In this document: positions 1-8,805 of the stretch, piece by piece
Layout: every line of letters starts with the position of its first letter
How positions within the stretch are numbered: the stretch's first letter is position 1
NCBI GenBank assembly: GCA_964632115.1
Contig: CAZWEB010000001.1
Location: 1 to 36,563 of the forward strand
Origin: Candidatus Woesearchaeota archaeon
GTDB lineage: Archaea > Nanobdellota > Nanobdellia > Pacearchaeales > GW2011-AR1
DNA length: 36,563 nt
Reading direction: 5' to 3'
Made by a program: the position numbers and the translations under genes
The notes under the pieces: model-generated
Databases searched by the model: none
What the model was told of the DNA's origin: nothing
Seen by the model: only the letters and a program-made list of their open reading frames with translations

Positions 1-607
1 TGCAAAATCCTTTTGTATAAGTGCACTCTGCTTTGTCAAAATACCAGCTTCCCTGAGCATCTAAATAATCAAAAGAACCATATGGATAATCAATTGAGTC
101 TCTATAAGTAATTACCTGCCCATTACACTCGCTTCCAATTTCTTCATGCACAACATTTGCATCTCCACGAATCATTGTGAGAATCTGGTCCACAGCATTT
201 CCATAATTATAATTATAACAAACCTCTTCATCTGTCTCATCCTTCCCAGAACTATCAACCCATCTTTTAACAGAACATACCATATGCCCCTGATTTTCAT
301 TCCAAACTTCAGTAACAGTTTGATATTGAGTATAATCTACTTCAGAGTAATCACTATATCCCTGGCTGACTTTTTCATAATTTCCCTCACCATCCCATTG
401 ATCTAAAACACCAGAATACTGAAAATTCCAATCTGAACTAGCTTCTAAAAACTCATTATTTCTTGAAATCTGCCTGCTTCCAGTACACTGCCCAGAATAA
501 ATTCCAGAACCATCCTGAGGAAAAGCAGAACCGAGTTCTGAAAGAAAAATTAACATAACAACTATGAAAATCACCCCTATGAACAAAGCTAAATTTTCCT
601 CTCCCAT
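1..607 (-). CDS. hypothetical secreted or membrane-anchored protein (3' end runs off the window)
   Basis: My own translation of an open minus-strand frame from ATG at 605-607: MGEENLALFIGVIFIVVMLIFLSELGSAFPQDGSG... It has an N-terminal hydrophobic signal/anchor followed by a Cys/Tyr/Asp-rich region. No family recognised. Confidence 0.5.
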   Translation of the reverse strand, partial: MGEENLALFIGVIFIVVMLIFLSELGSAFPQDGSGIYSGQCTGSRQISRNNEFLEASSDWNFQYSGVLDQWDGEGNYEKVSQGYSDYSEVDYTQYQTVTEVWNENQGHMVCSVKRWVDSSGKDETDEEVCYNYNYGNAVDQILTMIRGDANVVHEEIGSECNGQVITYRDSIDYPYGSFDYLDAQGSWYFDKAECTYTKGFC

Positions 608-758
608 AGTTACATATTTTGAGTAATTACAAATATTTAAGTGTTTTCTAAAGAATGTTACACCAGGGGGTAGTTAAATTATGAAGGTTAATTTTTTATA
701 AAAAACCAATAATTTTATTAATCATCTCAACTATATACTTTAGACTAAGGAAGTAAAA

Positions 759-1232
759 ATGCCTGAAAAATTTATAGAAAACCTAGACAAGGCTTCAAGG
801 GTTTTACAGACAGCAGATCATATGCTTTATATGACTTATCCTCTGATAAAAGAAAAGCGCCTTTTACTCAAGATACTTGATGAAACATATATTGCTTTTT
901 TGAATATTGTAAATGCAATTCTGCAATATGAGTATCTTTACAAGAGAGTGCAATTATATAGCAGTGCCAGAGACAATTTTAGTGTTTTCAAGAATAAATG
1001 CGCCCCAAAGTATAATATCTCACCGCAACAAATAGAAAAAATTTTAGAAATCTTCAATTTAACAGAAAAACACAAAAAAAGCCCTTTTGAGTTTGTAAGA
1101 AATGATAAAATAGTAATAATGACCAATGCCTTTAAAACAGACACAGTAACAGTGGAAAAAATGAAGGATTTTATCCTAATTGCCAAAGATATCTTAAGAA
1201 AAGCAGAAACAATTATAAGAAGTGGGAGATGA
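759..1232 (+). CDS. hypothetical helical protein, paralog of the next ORF
   Basis: 157-aa ORF. A TATA-like CTATATAC lies about 22 nt upstream. It shares the N-terminal motif (T/S)ADH(M/L)LY and overall layout with ORF 1346..1792. Confidence 0.6.
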   Translation: MPEKFIENLDKASRVLQTADHMLYMTYPLIKEKRLLLKILDETYIAFLNIVNAILQYEYLYKRVQLYSSARDNFSVFKNKCAPKYNISPQQIEKILEIFNLTEKHKKSPFEFVRNDKIVIMTNAFKTDTVTVEKMKDFILIAKDILRKAETIIRSGR

Positions 1233-1345
1233 GTATATCTCTAAGTATATCCAATTTTCATTAAAAAGAAAACTATATATATTACCTCCACCTATTACTT
1301 TTTAGCCCTTTTCTTATATCTAAGGACTGCGGTAAATATTGCAAA

Positions 1346-1792
1346 ATGCCACTAGAAAGAATAATGAAAGAAAAAACAAGTGCAGATCATCTGCTCTATG
1401 TTAGTATGAAGTATACAAAAACATGCGATGTAATTCTTAATTTAATAGAAAGATGGACAAGCATGATTGAAATCTCAATGGATGCTCTGCTTGAAAAAAT
1501 CAAGAAAAAAAAGAAGATAACTGCAATCCCAGCAGCCCCTATAATGAAAATAACCCTGCTTAAAGATGCTTTTAAAAAAGAGCCAATTATGCTTGAAACA
1601 CTTCAGCTCTATGAATTTTTTAGAAAAATTCATGGATTAGAGAGAACAAGAGAAAGTGATTTTAGAAAACATGTTTGCCTGAAAACCATGTACCTTGGGC
1701 AAGAAGTGAGAATAGATTTAGAAAAATTAGATGAATATAATGAGCTGTTAGGAAGATTTATAAAATTCGTTAGAGAATTCTTATCATCTTAA
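1346..1792 (+). CDS. hypothetical helical protein, paralog of 759..1232
   Basis: 148-aa ORF with SADHLLYVSMKY (compare TADHMLYMTYP in the neighbour) and a similar C-terminal block. Confidence 0.6.
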   Translation: MPLERIMKEKTSADHLLYVSMKYTKTCDVILNLIERWTSMIEISMDALLEKIKKKKKITAIPAAPIMKITLLKDAFKKEPIMLETLQLYEFFRKIHGLERTRESDFRKHVCLKTMYLGQEVRIDLEKLDEYNELLGRFIKFVREFLSS

Positions 1793-1795
1793 AAA

Positions 1796-1895
1796 CCTAT
1801 AATCTTAGTGTTGTCATATTCTCAGGACTTTTGCTAAATTTATAGAGAGACTTATTTGCAAAAGTCCTGCTATATTAACAGGGCCTATAATCTTA
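1796..1895. repeat. palindromic intergenic element bounded by a perfect 12-bp direct repeat
   Basis: CCTATAATCTTA occurs at 1796-1807 and 1884-1895. Between them is the perfect inverted repeat CAGGACTTTTGC (1823-1834) / GCAAAAGTCCTG (1858-1869). A related copy lies at 12293-12346. Confidence 0.55.
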
Positions 1896-2112
1896 AAGTT
1901 TAAAAAGAGGTTAAAATTTAAGTTAATGTTATTAAAATAAGCCACAATTCCTTAAAACATAGGGTGTTTTTAAAAAAATGGAAAATCAATTCAAACCAAT
2001 ACTACCAAAGAAAAATTTGTTAATTGAAAATTCAAAATATTCTTATTATAGCATTTATAATTTAGTAGAATTAAGTAAATTTAAAAAGAAAATAAGTTGT
2101 ATTTAGATTAAA

Positions 2113-2877
2113 ATGTCAAAAGTATATGTAATAACATCTGGAAAAGGTGGTGTAGGAAAAACCACAAGTGCAATAAATCTTGCAGCTGCTTTAAACTTAT
2201 TTAAAGAAGATGTAATTATAGTAGACACAAATCTTACAACACCAAACATTGGCTTGCATCTTGGAGCACCAATTGTTCCAATAACCTTAAATCATGTATT
2301 AGATGGTAAAGCAGATATTTCAGATGCGATTTATGAACACCATTCTGGTTTCAAAATTGTTCCTGCTTCTTTGTCTATATCTGAAATTAAAAAAATAAAT
2401 CACAAGAATCTGGGAAACATCACTAGAGAACTAAAGAAATTAACAGGACACATAATTCTTGATTCTTCAGCAGGCTTGGGAGAAGAAACAAAGTCTTCAA
2501 TAAGCGCAGCAGATGAAGTAATTATTATAACAAATCCTGAAATGCCTGCTGTAACAGATGCACTAAAAGCAATAAAACTTTCTGAACAACTTAATAAGCC
2601 AGTAAAAGGCTTTGTCCTAACAAAACATAAAAATAATAAAACAGAAATGTCTCTTCCAAATATTTGTGAAATGCTTGAAATTCCTCATTTAGGCAATGTC
2701 CCTGATGATAAAAATATACAAGAAGCTCTTTATCTCAAAGATGCAATAATCCACACTCATCCTAAATCAAGAGCATCCCGAGCATACAAAGAAATCGCAG
2801 CAAGACTTCTCGGAGAAGAATATTTTAAAAACTACCAAGAAAAACAAAAATCCTTTTGGAAAAAGATTTTTGGATAA
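2113..2877 (+). CDS. minD: MinD/ParA-family P-loop ATPase
   Basis: Deviant Walker A SGKGGVGKTT near the N-terminus, with length and layout typical of archaeal MinD-like proteins. Confidence 0.85.
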   Translation: MSKVYVITSGKGGVGKTTSAINLAAALNLFKEDVIIVDTNLTTPNIGLHLGAPIVPITLNHVLDGKADISDAIYEHHSGFKIVPASLSISEIKKINHKNLGNITRELKKLTGHIILDSSAGLGEETKSSISAADEVIIITNPEMPAVTDALKAIKLSEQLNKPVKGFVLTKHKNNKTEMSLPNICEMLEIPHLGNVPDDKNIQEALYLKDAIIHTHPKSRASRAYKEIAARLLGEEYFKNYQEKQKSFWKKIFG

Positions 2878-2959
2878 TTAGAATATTGTTAATAATTTAA
2901 CCCAATAATATATCTCCAAGTACACAAATCCTTATAAATAATAATCCTAGTAAGAAATT

Positions 2960-3466
2960 ATGGATGTCAAGCAAATTTTAGCAATAAATTCTAAACTAAA
3001 AAGGAGATTAGATAATAATCTTCATAGTTCTAATCCCTTTCTATATGATGCTCTGGGTAAAAAAGTTAAAGCGCAATTCATAGCAACAGACATATTGAGA
3101 GTTTTTCAGCCAGATTTTAAAAGAATTCATGATAAAGATAAACCCTATTCTATTGATTTAGATGGCACTAATGGAAAGCAGTTTATATCCCTAGATGAAT
3201 CTAAAATAATCTTAGGCTATGATTACTTTAGGCATGCTGATGAATGGGATGTTCCTGCAATGCTTGAAGCATGCCAGGGAGGTTTTGGAGGAGCAAGAAC
3301 AAATGCCTATTATTTGGGAGCCACCCATACTCAAGAAAAAGATTATGCAGAAATACCTGTGGCTTTTTTCATAATATCAAAAGAAGATCATCAAAGATTA
3401 GTTCTAAGCCCTAAAGATAAAAGATTCAGAGAAACAATTAAAAGATTAAAGACAGAAGCTGCCTAA
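2960..3466 (+). CDS. hypothetical protein
   Basis: 168-aa ORF. CTTATAAA ends 22 nt before the ATG. No family recognised. Confidence 0.6.
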   Translation: MDVKQILAINSKLKRRLDNNLHSSNPFLYDALGKKVKAQFIATDILRVFQPDFKRIHDKDKPYSIDLDGTNGKQFISLDESKIILGYDYFRHADEWDVPAMLEACQGGFGGARTNAYYLGATHTQEKDYAEIPVAFFIISKEDHQRLVLSPKDKRFRETIKRLKTEAA

Positions 3467-3510
3467 TTATCTGATTCTATCTACACCTCTGGAATCTTTC
3501 TCAAATCAAC

Positions 3511-3855
3511 TCAGCTAACCTTCGCACCATTCTCAATATCATTGTCAGGAGCAAGTAAAACGCATTTATCCTCATCTTTGCTTCCAGCAGCAAGAAGCAT
3601 TCCCTCGCTGGTAATCCCTTTCATAACCCTTGGCTCCAAATTAGAAATAATAATTATTTTCTTTCCTTTTAATTTGTCTTTTTTATAAAACTCCTTAATT
3701 CCAGCACATATTGTTCTTTTTCCAAGTTCGCCAACATCTATCTCAAGCTTGTAAAGTTTGTCAGCCCCTTCTATATCTTCAACTTTCTTTATCTGAGCAA
3801 CTCTCAAATCCATCTTGCCCCAGTCATTAAAACTAATTGTCTTTATGTTTTCCAT
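3511..3855 (-). CDS. stand-alone tRNA-binding domain protein (Trbp111/CsaA/EMAPII-like OB fold)
   Basis: MDLRVAQIKKVEDIEGADKLYKLEIDVGE...ICAGIKEFY...GKKIIIISNLEPRVMKGITSEGMLLAA matches the tRNA-binding domain that forms the C-terminus of many MetRS proteins. Confidence 0.85.
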   Translation of the reverse strand: MENIKTISFNDWGKMDLRVAQIKKVEDIEGADKLYKLEIDVGELGKRTICAGIKEFYKKDKLKGKKIIIISNLEPRVMKGITSEGMLLAAGSKDEDKCVLLAPDNDIENGAKVS

Positions 3856-3906
3856 CTTATTTTAAAATCAAAGTCCTTTAAAAAATTATTTAACATACCT
3901 ATTTAT

Positions 3907-5292
3907 TTAATAGTCTTCTTCCTTTTTTCTTTTCTTCCCATTATAATCATTTAATAAAGAAAGACTAGTAGAATAGCCAAGCCCATAACTTCCTCCTCCT
4001 TTTCCTATTTCTTCTTGGTAATTCTTATTTCTTCCTAAAATTCCATATAAATCAGATAGATAAGAGGGCATTCCCCCATCATTGCTGATTATTTTGTCAA
4101 GACCATATTTTTCCTCGCTAAGAATATTAGAACCAAGCCCAATTCCTGAAGAAACAATCGCTGCTAATGACTCTGGAGACCTTAAAGCCTGAAATATTTC
4201 TAAAAACCTTTCAAAAGGAATTGTATTTTCAATCCTTGAGAAAAAACCGCTTGCCTCATATCCACAAGAAAAACCTGATTTAAAATACTCTCTAAATTGA
4301 GCCAACATACAGAATCTTTTTCCAGCACCAGGTCTCAAAAAACCACCAATCTGTCTTGGGCTTATGGGGGGACAAAATACACTATTCATAATTGTTTCAA
4401 ATTCTTTTCTTTGTAAATCTCTAATCCCAGATAATGAAAAATCTTCTGTGTCGCAAGAAGCATCAAAATCAACAAAACCTAATTTAACATTTTCATCCCC
4501 ATTATATAAAACAACATTCCCTACATGTGCATTACTTCTCTCACTATCAGAACTCCATGTTTGATTATTTCTATCCATTAATTTTTTAAGTCTACCAACA
4601 ATATAACCCATATCATAATAAAGTTGAACAACTTTATCCATAACTTTTGCTCCTTTTTGATTAAGTCGTTGACCTGCCTTCGAATAAAAAAGATTTTCAA
4701 GTAAATTTATAAATTCGTCTAATCTTGTATCTCCCTGAACTTCAATAACAGAAGCAGATAACTTTTCTCCCCTAATTAATTTTGGATAATGTTTCCTTTC
4801 AGGATAATTCCAATACCCCTTACATTTCATTATAGGAACAATTCCTTCTTTTTCAAGAACTCTATTAAATCTATCAGACATTTGTTTTTCAAATTCAGCT
4901 GAAGTCCTTGGCTGTGCTCCAAAAATCTCAAATTCTCCATTATCAAATTTTTGAATATGAGGATTTTCTAAATCCATAGAAACCCCTTTTAATCTAAATA
5001 AGCCCCCATTTCCATTTGAAACTAAAACAGAACGATAACCACTCCAAACCCCTGAAAGATAAGGATATCTTCCAACTTTAAGTTCAGAATGTAAATGTCC
5101 ATCTATAACCCAAGAATCATCAGAATTTGCAATAAGTAAATCATCTGAATCTAATCTCTTGGTTAAAGTTCTAACTGAATCAGGTATAACAACATGAACT
5201 CTCTTAAGTTTTGGAGAGATATCACTATCCACTTCTGCCTTTCCACTAGTTCTTTTTAATAAATTAGCATCACGTTGGACTAATAATCTCAT
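3907..5292 (-). CDS. hypothetical protein with weak protein-kinase-like motifs and a Gly/Ser/Tyr-rich basic tail
   Basis: 461-aa ORF with its own TATA (revcomp of 5314-5321) 22 nt upstream. FRLKG..., SNAHVGNVVLY and GFVDFDAS resemble the strand-3 Lys, catalytic-loop and DFG-like elements of the kinase fold. The resemblance is weak and judged by eye. Confidence 0.7.
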   Translation of the reverse strand: MRLLVQRDANLLKRTSGKAEVDSDISPKLKRVHVVIPDSVRTLTKRLDSDDLLIANSDDSWVIDGHLHSELKVGRYPYLSGVWSGYRSVLVSNGNGGLFRLKGVSMDLENPHIQKFDNGEFEIFGAQPRTSAEFEKQMSDRFNRVLEKEGIVPIMKCKGYWNYPERKHYPKLIRGEKLSASVIEVQGDTRLDEFINLLENLFYSKAGQRLNQKGAKVMDKVVQLYYDMGYIVGRLKKLMDRNNQTWSSDSERSNAHVGNVVLYNGDENVKLGFVDFDASCDTEDFSLSGIRDLQRKEFETIMNSVFCPPISPRQIGGFLRPGAGKRFCMLAQFREYFKSGFSCGYEASGFFSRIENTIPFERFLEIFQALRSPESLAAIVSSGIGLGSNILSEEKYGLDKIISNDGGMPSYLSDLYGILGRNKNYQEEIGKGGGSYGLGYSTSLSLLNDYNGKKRKKEEDY

Positions 5293-5348
5293 AAAAAGAC
5301 AAGAGAAAGTCTATTTTTAAATCTTTTGTTAATGTTACTACTTAAAAA

Positions 5349-6743
5349 TTAAGAAGATTTTATTTTTTCAAAAAGCACAGGAGCTTTTTTGATTTTATCT
5401 GTTTTGAAAATCTGTAAAATCTTTTCAGCTGTTTCAGGAATAAAAGAAGAGAGAAGCTTTGCTGTTTCTCTTATTGATTCAACTAATTCATATAAAACCT
5501 TTGTATCTTTTGTTTCCCATGGCTTTTTGCTCTGAACATATTCATTGCAAACATCGATAAATGCAAAAATCTCATTTAATGCTTTGTCTAATTCAAAATT
5601 CTCAAAATTCTTTTCAATTTCATTTAATTTAAGTTTTTTTAACAATTTATTAGTTGTTTTCTCAATCCCATATTTTTCAGCAAGAGTTGATACTCGTGAA
5701 ACAAGGTTTCCCAGCTTGTTTGCAAGTTCATTGTTATTTCTTTCAATTAAAATCTCTTCTGAATAATCAGAGTCTTCAAAAACAGAGCATCTTAATAATG
5801 AATATCTAACCGCATCAGAACCATATTTATCTGCAAGTTCAATTGGGTCTATAACATTGCCCTGGCTTTTTGAAATTTTCTTGCCACTAAGATTCAAGTA
5901 ACCGTGTACAAGAAGAGTTTCAGGCAGCTTGTAACCAGCAGACATCAATATAGCAGGCCAGATAACAGAATGAAACCAATTAATTCCTTTTCCAACAACA
6001 TGAACCTCAGCAGGCCAAAACTCGCCATTTTTCCCTGCCCCAGTAATATAATTACTCAATGCATCAAACCAAACATAAACTTTAAATTTTTTATCAATTG
6101 GAGAATCAATGCCCCAGTCAAGCCCTGTTCTTGAAACACATAAATCTTTTAATTCCTCTGTTTTTAATCTAGCAAGAATTTCATTTCTTCTTGACTTAGG
6201 GACAATATATTTCTGAACAAATTTTATCAACTTATCTCTGTATTTGCTTAGTTTAAAAAAATAAGCTTCTTCTGAAAACCATTCTGGCTCCTTATTATGT
6301 TCAGGACATTTTCCATTTATCAAGTCTTTTTCAGTGATAAATGCCTCGCATCCTGTGCAATAATATCCTTCATATTTTCCCTTATAAATTTCTCCCTTAT
6401 CATGAACTTTTTTAAAAATTTCCTGAACTTTTTTAACATGCCTTTTTTCAGTTGTTCTTATAAAGTCATCATAAGAAATATTTAATTTTTTGCATAATTC
6501 AATAAATATTTCTGAATTCCTGTCAACAAATTTTTTAGTTTCAATGCCTGCTTCTTTTGCAGCCTGTGCATTTTTCTGTGCATTTTCATCTGTTCCTGTA
6601 AGATAAAAAACATTATCTCCCTGCAATCTGTGCCATCTTGCCAAAGCATCAGCTATAACTTTCTCAAATGCATGCCCTACATGAGGACGCGAGTTTACAT
6701 AATCAATTGCAGTGGTTATGTAAAATTTTTTCTTATTTGCCAT
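5349..6743 (-). CDS. metG: methionyl-tRNA synthetase, core enzyme without the C-terminal tRNA-binding domain
   Basis: HIGH-type motif PHVGH, KMSKS-type motif KISKSQGN and zinc knuckle CTGC...CPEH. The protein is 464 aa. Confidence 0.95.
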   Translation of the reverse strand: MANKKKFYITTAIDYVNSRPHVGHAFEKVIADALARWHRLQGDNVFYLTGTDENAQKNAQAAKEAGIETKKFVDRNSEIFIELCKKLNISYDDFIRTTEKRHVKKVQEIFKKVHDKGEIYKGKYEGYYCTGCEAFITEKDLINGKCPEHNKEPEWFSEEAYFFKLSKYRDKLIKFVQKYIVPKSRRNEILARLKTEELKDLCVSRTGLDWGIDSPIDKKFKVYVWFDALSNYITGAGKNGEFWPAEVHVVGKGINWFHSVIWPAILMSAGYKLPETLLVHGYLNLSGKKISKSQGNVIDPIELADKYGSDAVRYSLLRCSVFEDSDYSEEILIERNNNELANKLGNLVSRVSTLAEKYGIEKTTNKLLKKLKLNEIEKNFENFELDKALNEIFAFIDVCNEYVQSKKPWETKDTKVLYELVESIRETAKLLSSFIPETAEKILQIFKTDKIKKAPVLFEKIKSS

Positions 6744-6825
6744 ACCAGAACTAAAAAAATTAAGTATAAAAAACTAACTGAAAGTAAAAAAATAAAAGAA
6801 AGAAAAAGCAAATAAAAAAAAGAAT

Positions 6826-7320
6826 TTATCCAATTAAAATGCTTCTTTCTTCATCTTCTCTGGATTTTCTTTTCCTTAGATTTCTTGATACACTCATCAA
6901 TTCAGGATATAAGTTTCTTGCAGTTGCTTCTGTAAATCCCAAGCCAGTTATAACAGAAATATAGTCATCTGCTGTAAGTTTTCTGCCTTCTTGCATTCCA
7001 AAATACAAGTTTATTTCTCTTTCTGCTCTTTTCTCTTCAATCATTCCTTTTAGAATCTTGCCATATCTTGGATATTTCCCTGAAAACATTGCAATTGCAT
7101 CTTTCATTCCTCTTGATTTTATTGTTGAATTGTCTTCAACCCTTGCATAAACTCTCTCTCCAGTATATTTCTGCCCAGGTTCTAAATCCACTGCTTTTCC
7201 TAGTGCAGGTTTTTGTCTTTTAAGTTTGTTGTCTATGCTTGAAACCGGTATATAAATTCTGTCTGTTGCTATTACTTGAACAAGCTGTCTTTCTAATCCT
7301 TCATTATATTGTTTTGTCAT
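6826..7320 (-). CDS. hypothetical protein
   Basis: 164-aa ORF, divergent from the TrmB-like regulator. No family recognised. Confidence 0.6.
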   Translation of the reverse strand: MTKQYNEGLERQLVQVIATDRIYIPVSSIDNKLKRQKPALGKAVDLEPGQKYTGERVYARVEDNSTIKSRGMKDAIAMFSGKYPRYGKILKGMIEEKRAEREINLYFGMQEGRKLTADDYISVITGLGFTEATARNLYPELMSVSRNLRKRKSREDEERSILIG

Positions 7321-7409
7321 TTTATTTTACCTCCATGCTGTTTAATTGAAATAATCAAACAAAAAAGCTAGATTAATTTATGAGGTGATAAACTTCACCA
7401 CAATAAAGC

Positions 7410-7417
7410 TTATAAAT
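7410..7417 (+). promoter_or_regulatory. TATA box for the TrmB-like gene (leaderless)
   Basis: TTATAAAT ends 21 nt before ATG 7438. Confidence 0.55.
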
Positions 7418-7437
7418 CCAGAAATATTTGTCTAGCT

Positions 7438-8181
7438 ATGAACATAGAAACCCTCCGAGAAATCGGACTAACAAATAACGAAGCCCTTGTCTATAGAGCA
7501 TTGCTTGAACTCGGTCCAAGTCTCGCTGGGCAGATTTCAAGAAAAACAGGGCTCCATAGAAGAACAGTTTATGATACAACAGAAATGCTGATTAAAAAAG
7601 GACTTGTTGGATACATAGTTAAAAACAACAGAAGATTATTCCAGGCATCAAATCCAAAGGCATTTCTTGATATTCTCAAAGAAAAGGAAAATACAATTTC
7701 ATCTATTCTGCCTGAAATGCTGATGCATTATGAAAAAACAAAAGAAAAAGAAGAAACAAATTTTTACAAAGGGAAACAAGGATTAAAAACAGTTTTTGAA
7801 GATCAGCTGCAGTTTGAAAGAGAAGAAAAAAATAAAGACAAAGAATATAAAAAAGAAATCCTTATTCTAGGCGCTTCTGAGTCAGCAGCAGAGGTTCTGC
7901 CATTTTATTTTAAGTGGTATGACAAAGACAGAAAAAACAAAAAAATCAAAGTAAGAATAATTGCCTCTGAAAAACTAAAAACTAAAATCCCTCTTTCAGA
8001 AATCAAGTATCTTCCTGAAAAATATGCAAATCCTCTTGCAATTAATATCTACAGAAACAAAGTTGCCCTGATTTTCTGGAAAAAAGAAAATCCTTTTGCA
8101 ATTGTCATAAAGCAAAAAGAAATCGCAGAATCTTATAAAAATTATTTTGAGCTGATGTGGCGGATATCTTCACGAAAGTAA
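7438..8181 (+). CDS. TrmB-family transcriptional regulator
   Basis: N-terminal winged helix LTNNEALVYRALLELGPSLAGQISRKTGLHRRTVYDTTEMLIKKGLV is typical of TrmB. Confidence 0.8.
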   Translation: MNIETLREIGLTNNEALVYRALLELGPSLAGQISRKTGLHRRTVYDTTEMLIKKGLVGYIVKNNRRLFQASNPKAFLDILKEKENTISSILPEMLMHYEKTKEKEETNFYKGKQGLKTVFEDQLQFEREEKNKDKEYKKEILILGASESAAEVLPFYFKWYDKDRKNKKIKVRIIASEKLKTKIPLSEIKYLPEKYANPLAINIYRNKVALIFWKKENPFAIVIKQKEIAESYKNYFELMWRISSRK

Positions 8182-8321
8182 AAATTATTATACTCCTGAG
8201 TGGAGATGCGAGAAGAATTACAAAGAAATCAAAAAGCAAGTTTTAAAAACACCTTAATATTAAAGAAATTACCTCCTAGGGAAAGAGTTCTGAATAAATT
8301 AAGAAGTCCAAAAGTGAAAAA

Positions 8322-8789
8322 ATGAAACCAAGCACGCTTGAAATATTACAACAAGATTTACTAAAAGAAAATAGAGAATTCCCACAGATAAGAACAAGTC
8401 TCGGTGAAAGATATTCTTATGGTTCAGAAAACCAGCAAAAACTAAATTTAATATTGAATTTAGGCATAGGTATGCCAGGCATTGAACAAATTGTTGTTTT
8501 TGCAAGAACTAAACAACTACAAGAAACCTATGAATTAAAGTATATTGCTCTTTTACCAACAGCTCAGGCTACTTTAAGTCAAAAACCCCTACCTGAAGAA
8601 AATTCTCAATTACTACGAAAATTACGAGCCAATTCAAAAAAAACAAGCACAAATATTCCAGGATACACCCCCCAATTAACTGCAAGAAATTCTACTCTAA
8701 ATTTTCAAGAAGTAAGTGGAACCTGTTCATATTTTTCAAGAGCATTCAGGAAAAAAGTTATTCAAGATCAGGAGTCTCAAATAGGATAA
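8322..8789 (+). CDS. hypothetical protein with atypical Gln/Thr/Ser-rich composition
   Basis: This 155-aa ORF is the only long ORF in a 620-bp gap. Its composition differs from the Lys/Glu/Ile-rich neighbours, and I see no canonical TATA at -22. Confidence 0.35.
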   Translation: MKPSTLEILQQDLLKENREFPQIRTSLGERYSYGSENQQKLNLILNLGIGMPGIEQIVVFARTKQLQETYELKYIALLPTAQATLSQKPLPEENSQLLRKLRANSKKTSTNIPGYTPQLTARNSTLNFQEVSGTCSYFSRAFRKKVIQDQESQIG

Positions 8790-8805
8790 ATCAAATTAAA
8801 GCCCC

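Noticed and set aside
1978-2106. 42-aa ORF MENQFKPILPKKNLLIENSKYSYYSIYNLVELSKFKKKISCI inside the intergenic repeat upstream of minD
   Set aside because: The homologous repeat copy upstream of taw3 has in-frame stops (ATG TTC TAA ...). Conservation is therefore at the nucleotide level, not the coding level.
5545-6815. Several 60-76-aa plus-strand ORFs antisense to metG; similar antisense ORFs occur inside proS, gatB, gatE, MFS, ftsZ and others
   Set aside because: They lie wholly within well-supported genes on the opposite strand and have Phe/Ser/Leu-rich low-complexity translations typical of antisense AT-rich DNA. They also lack promoters at -22.
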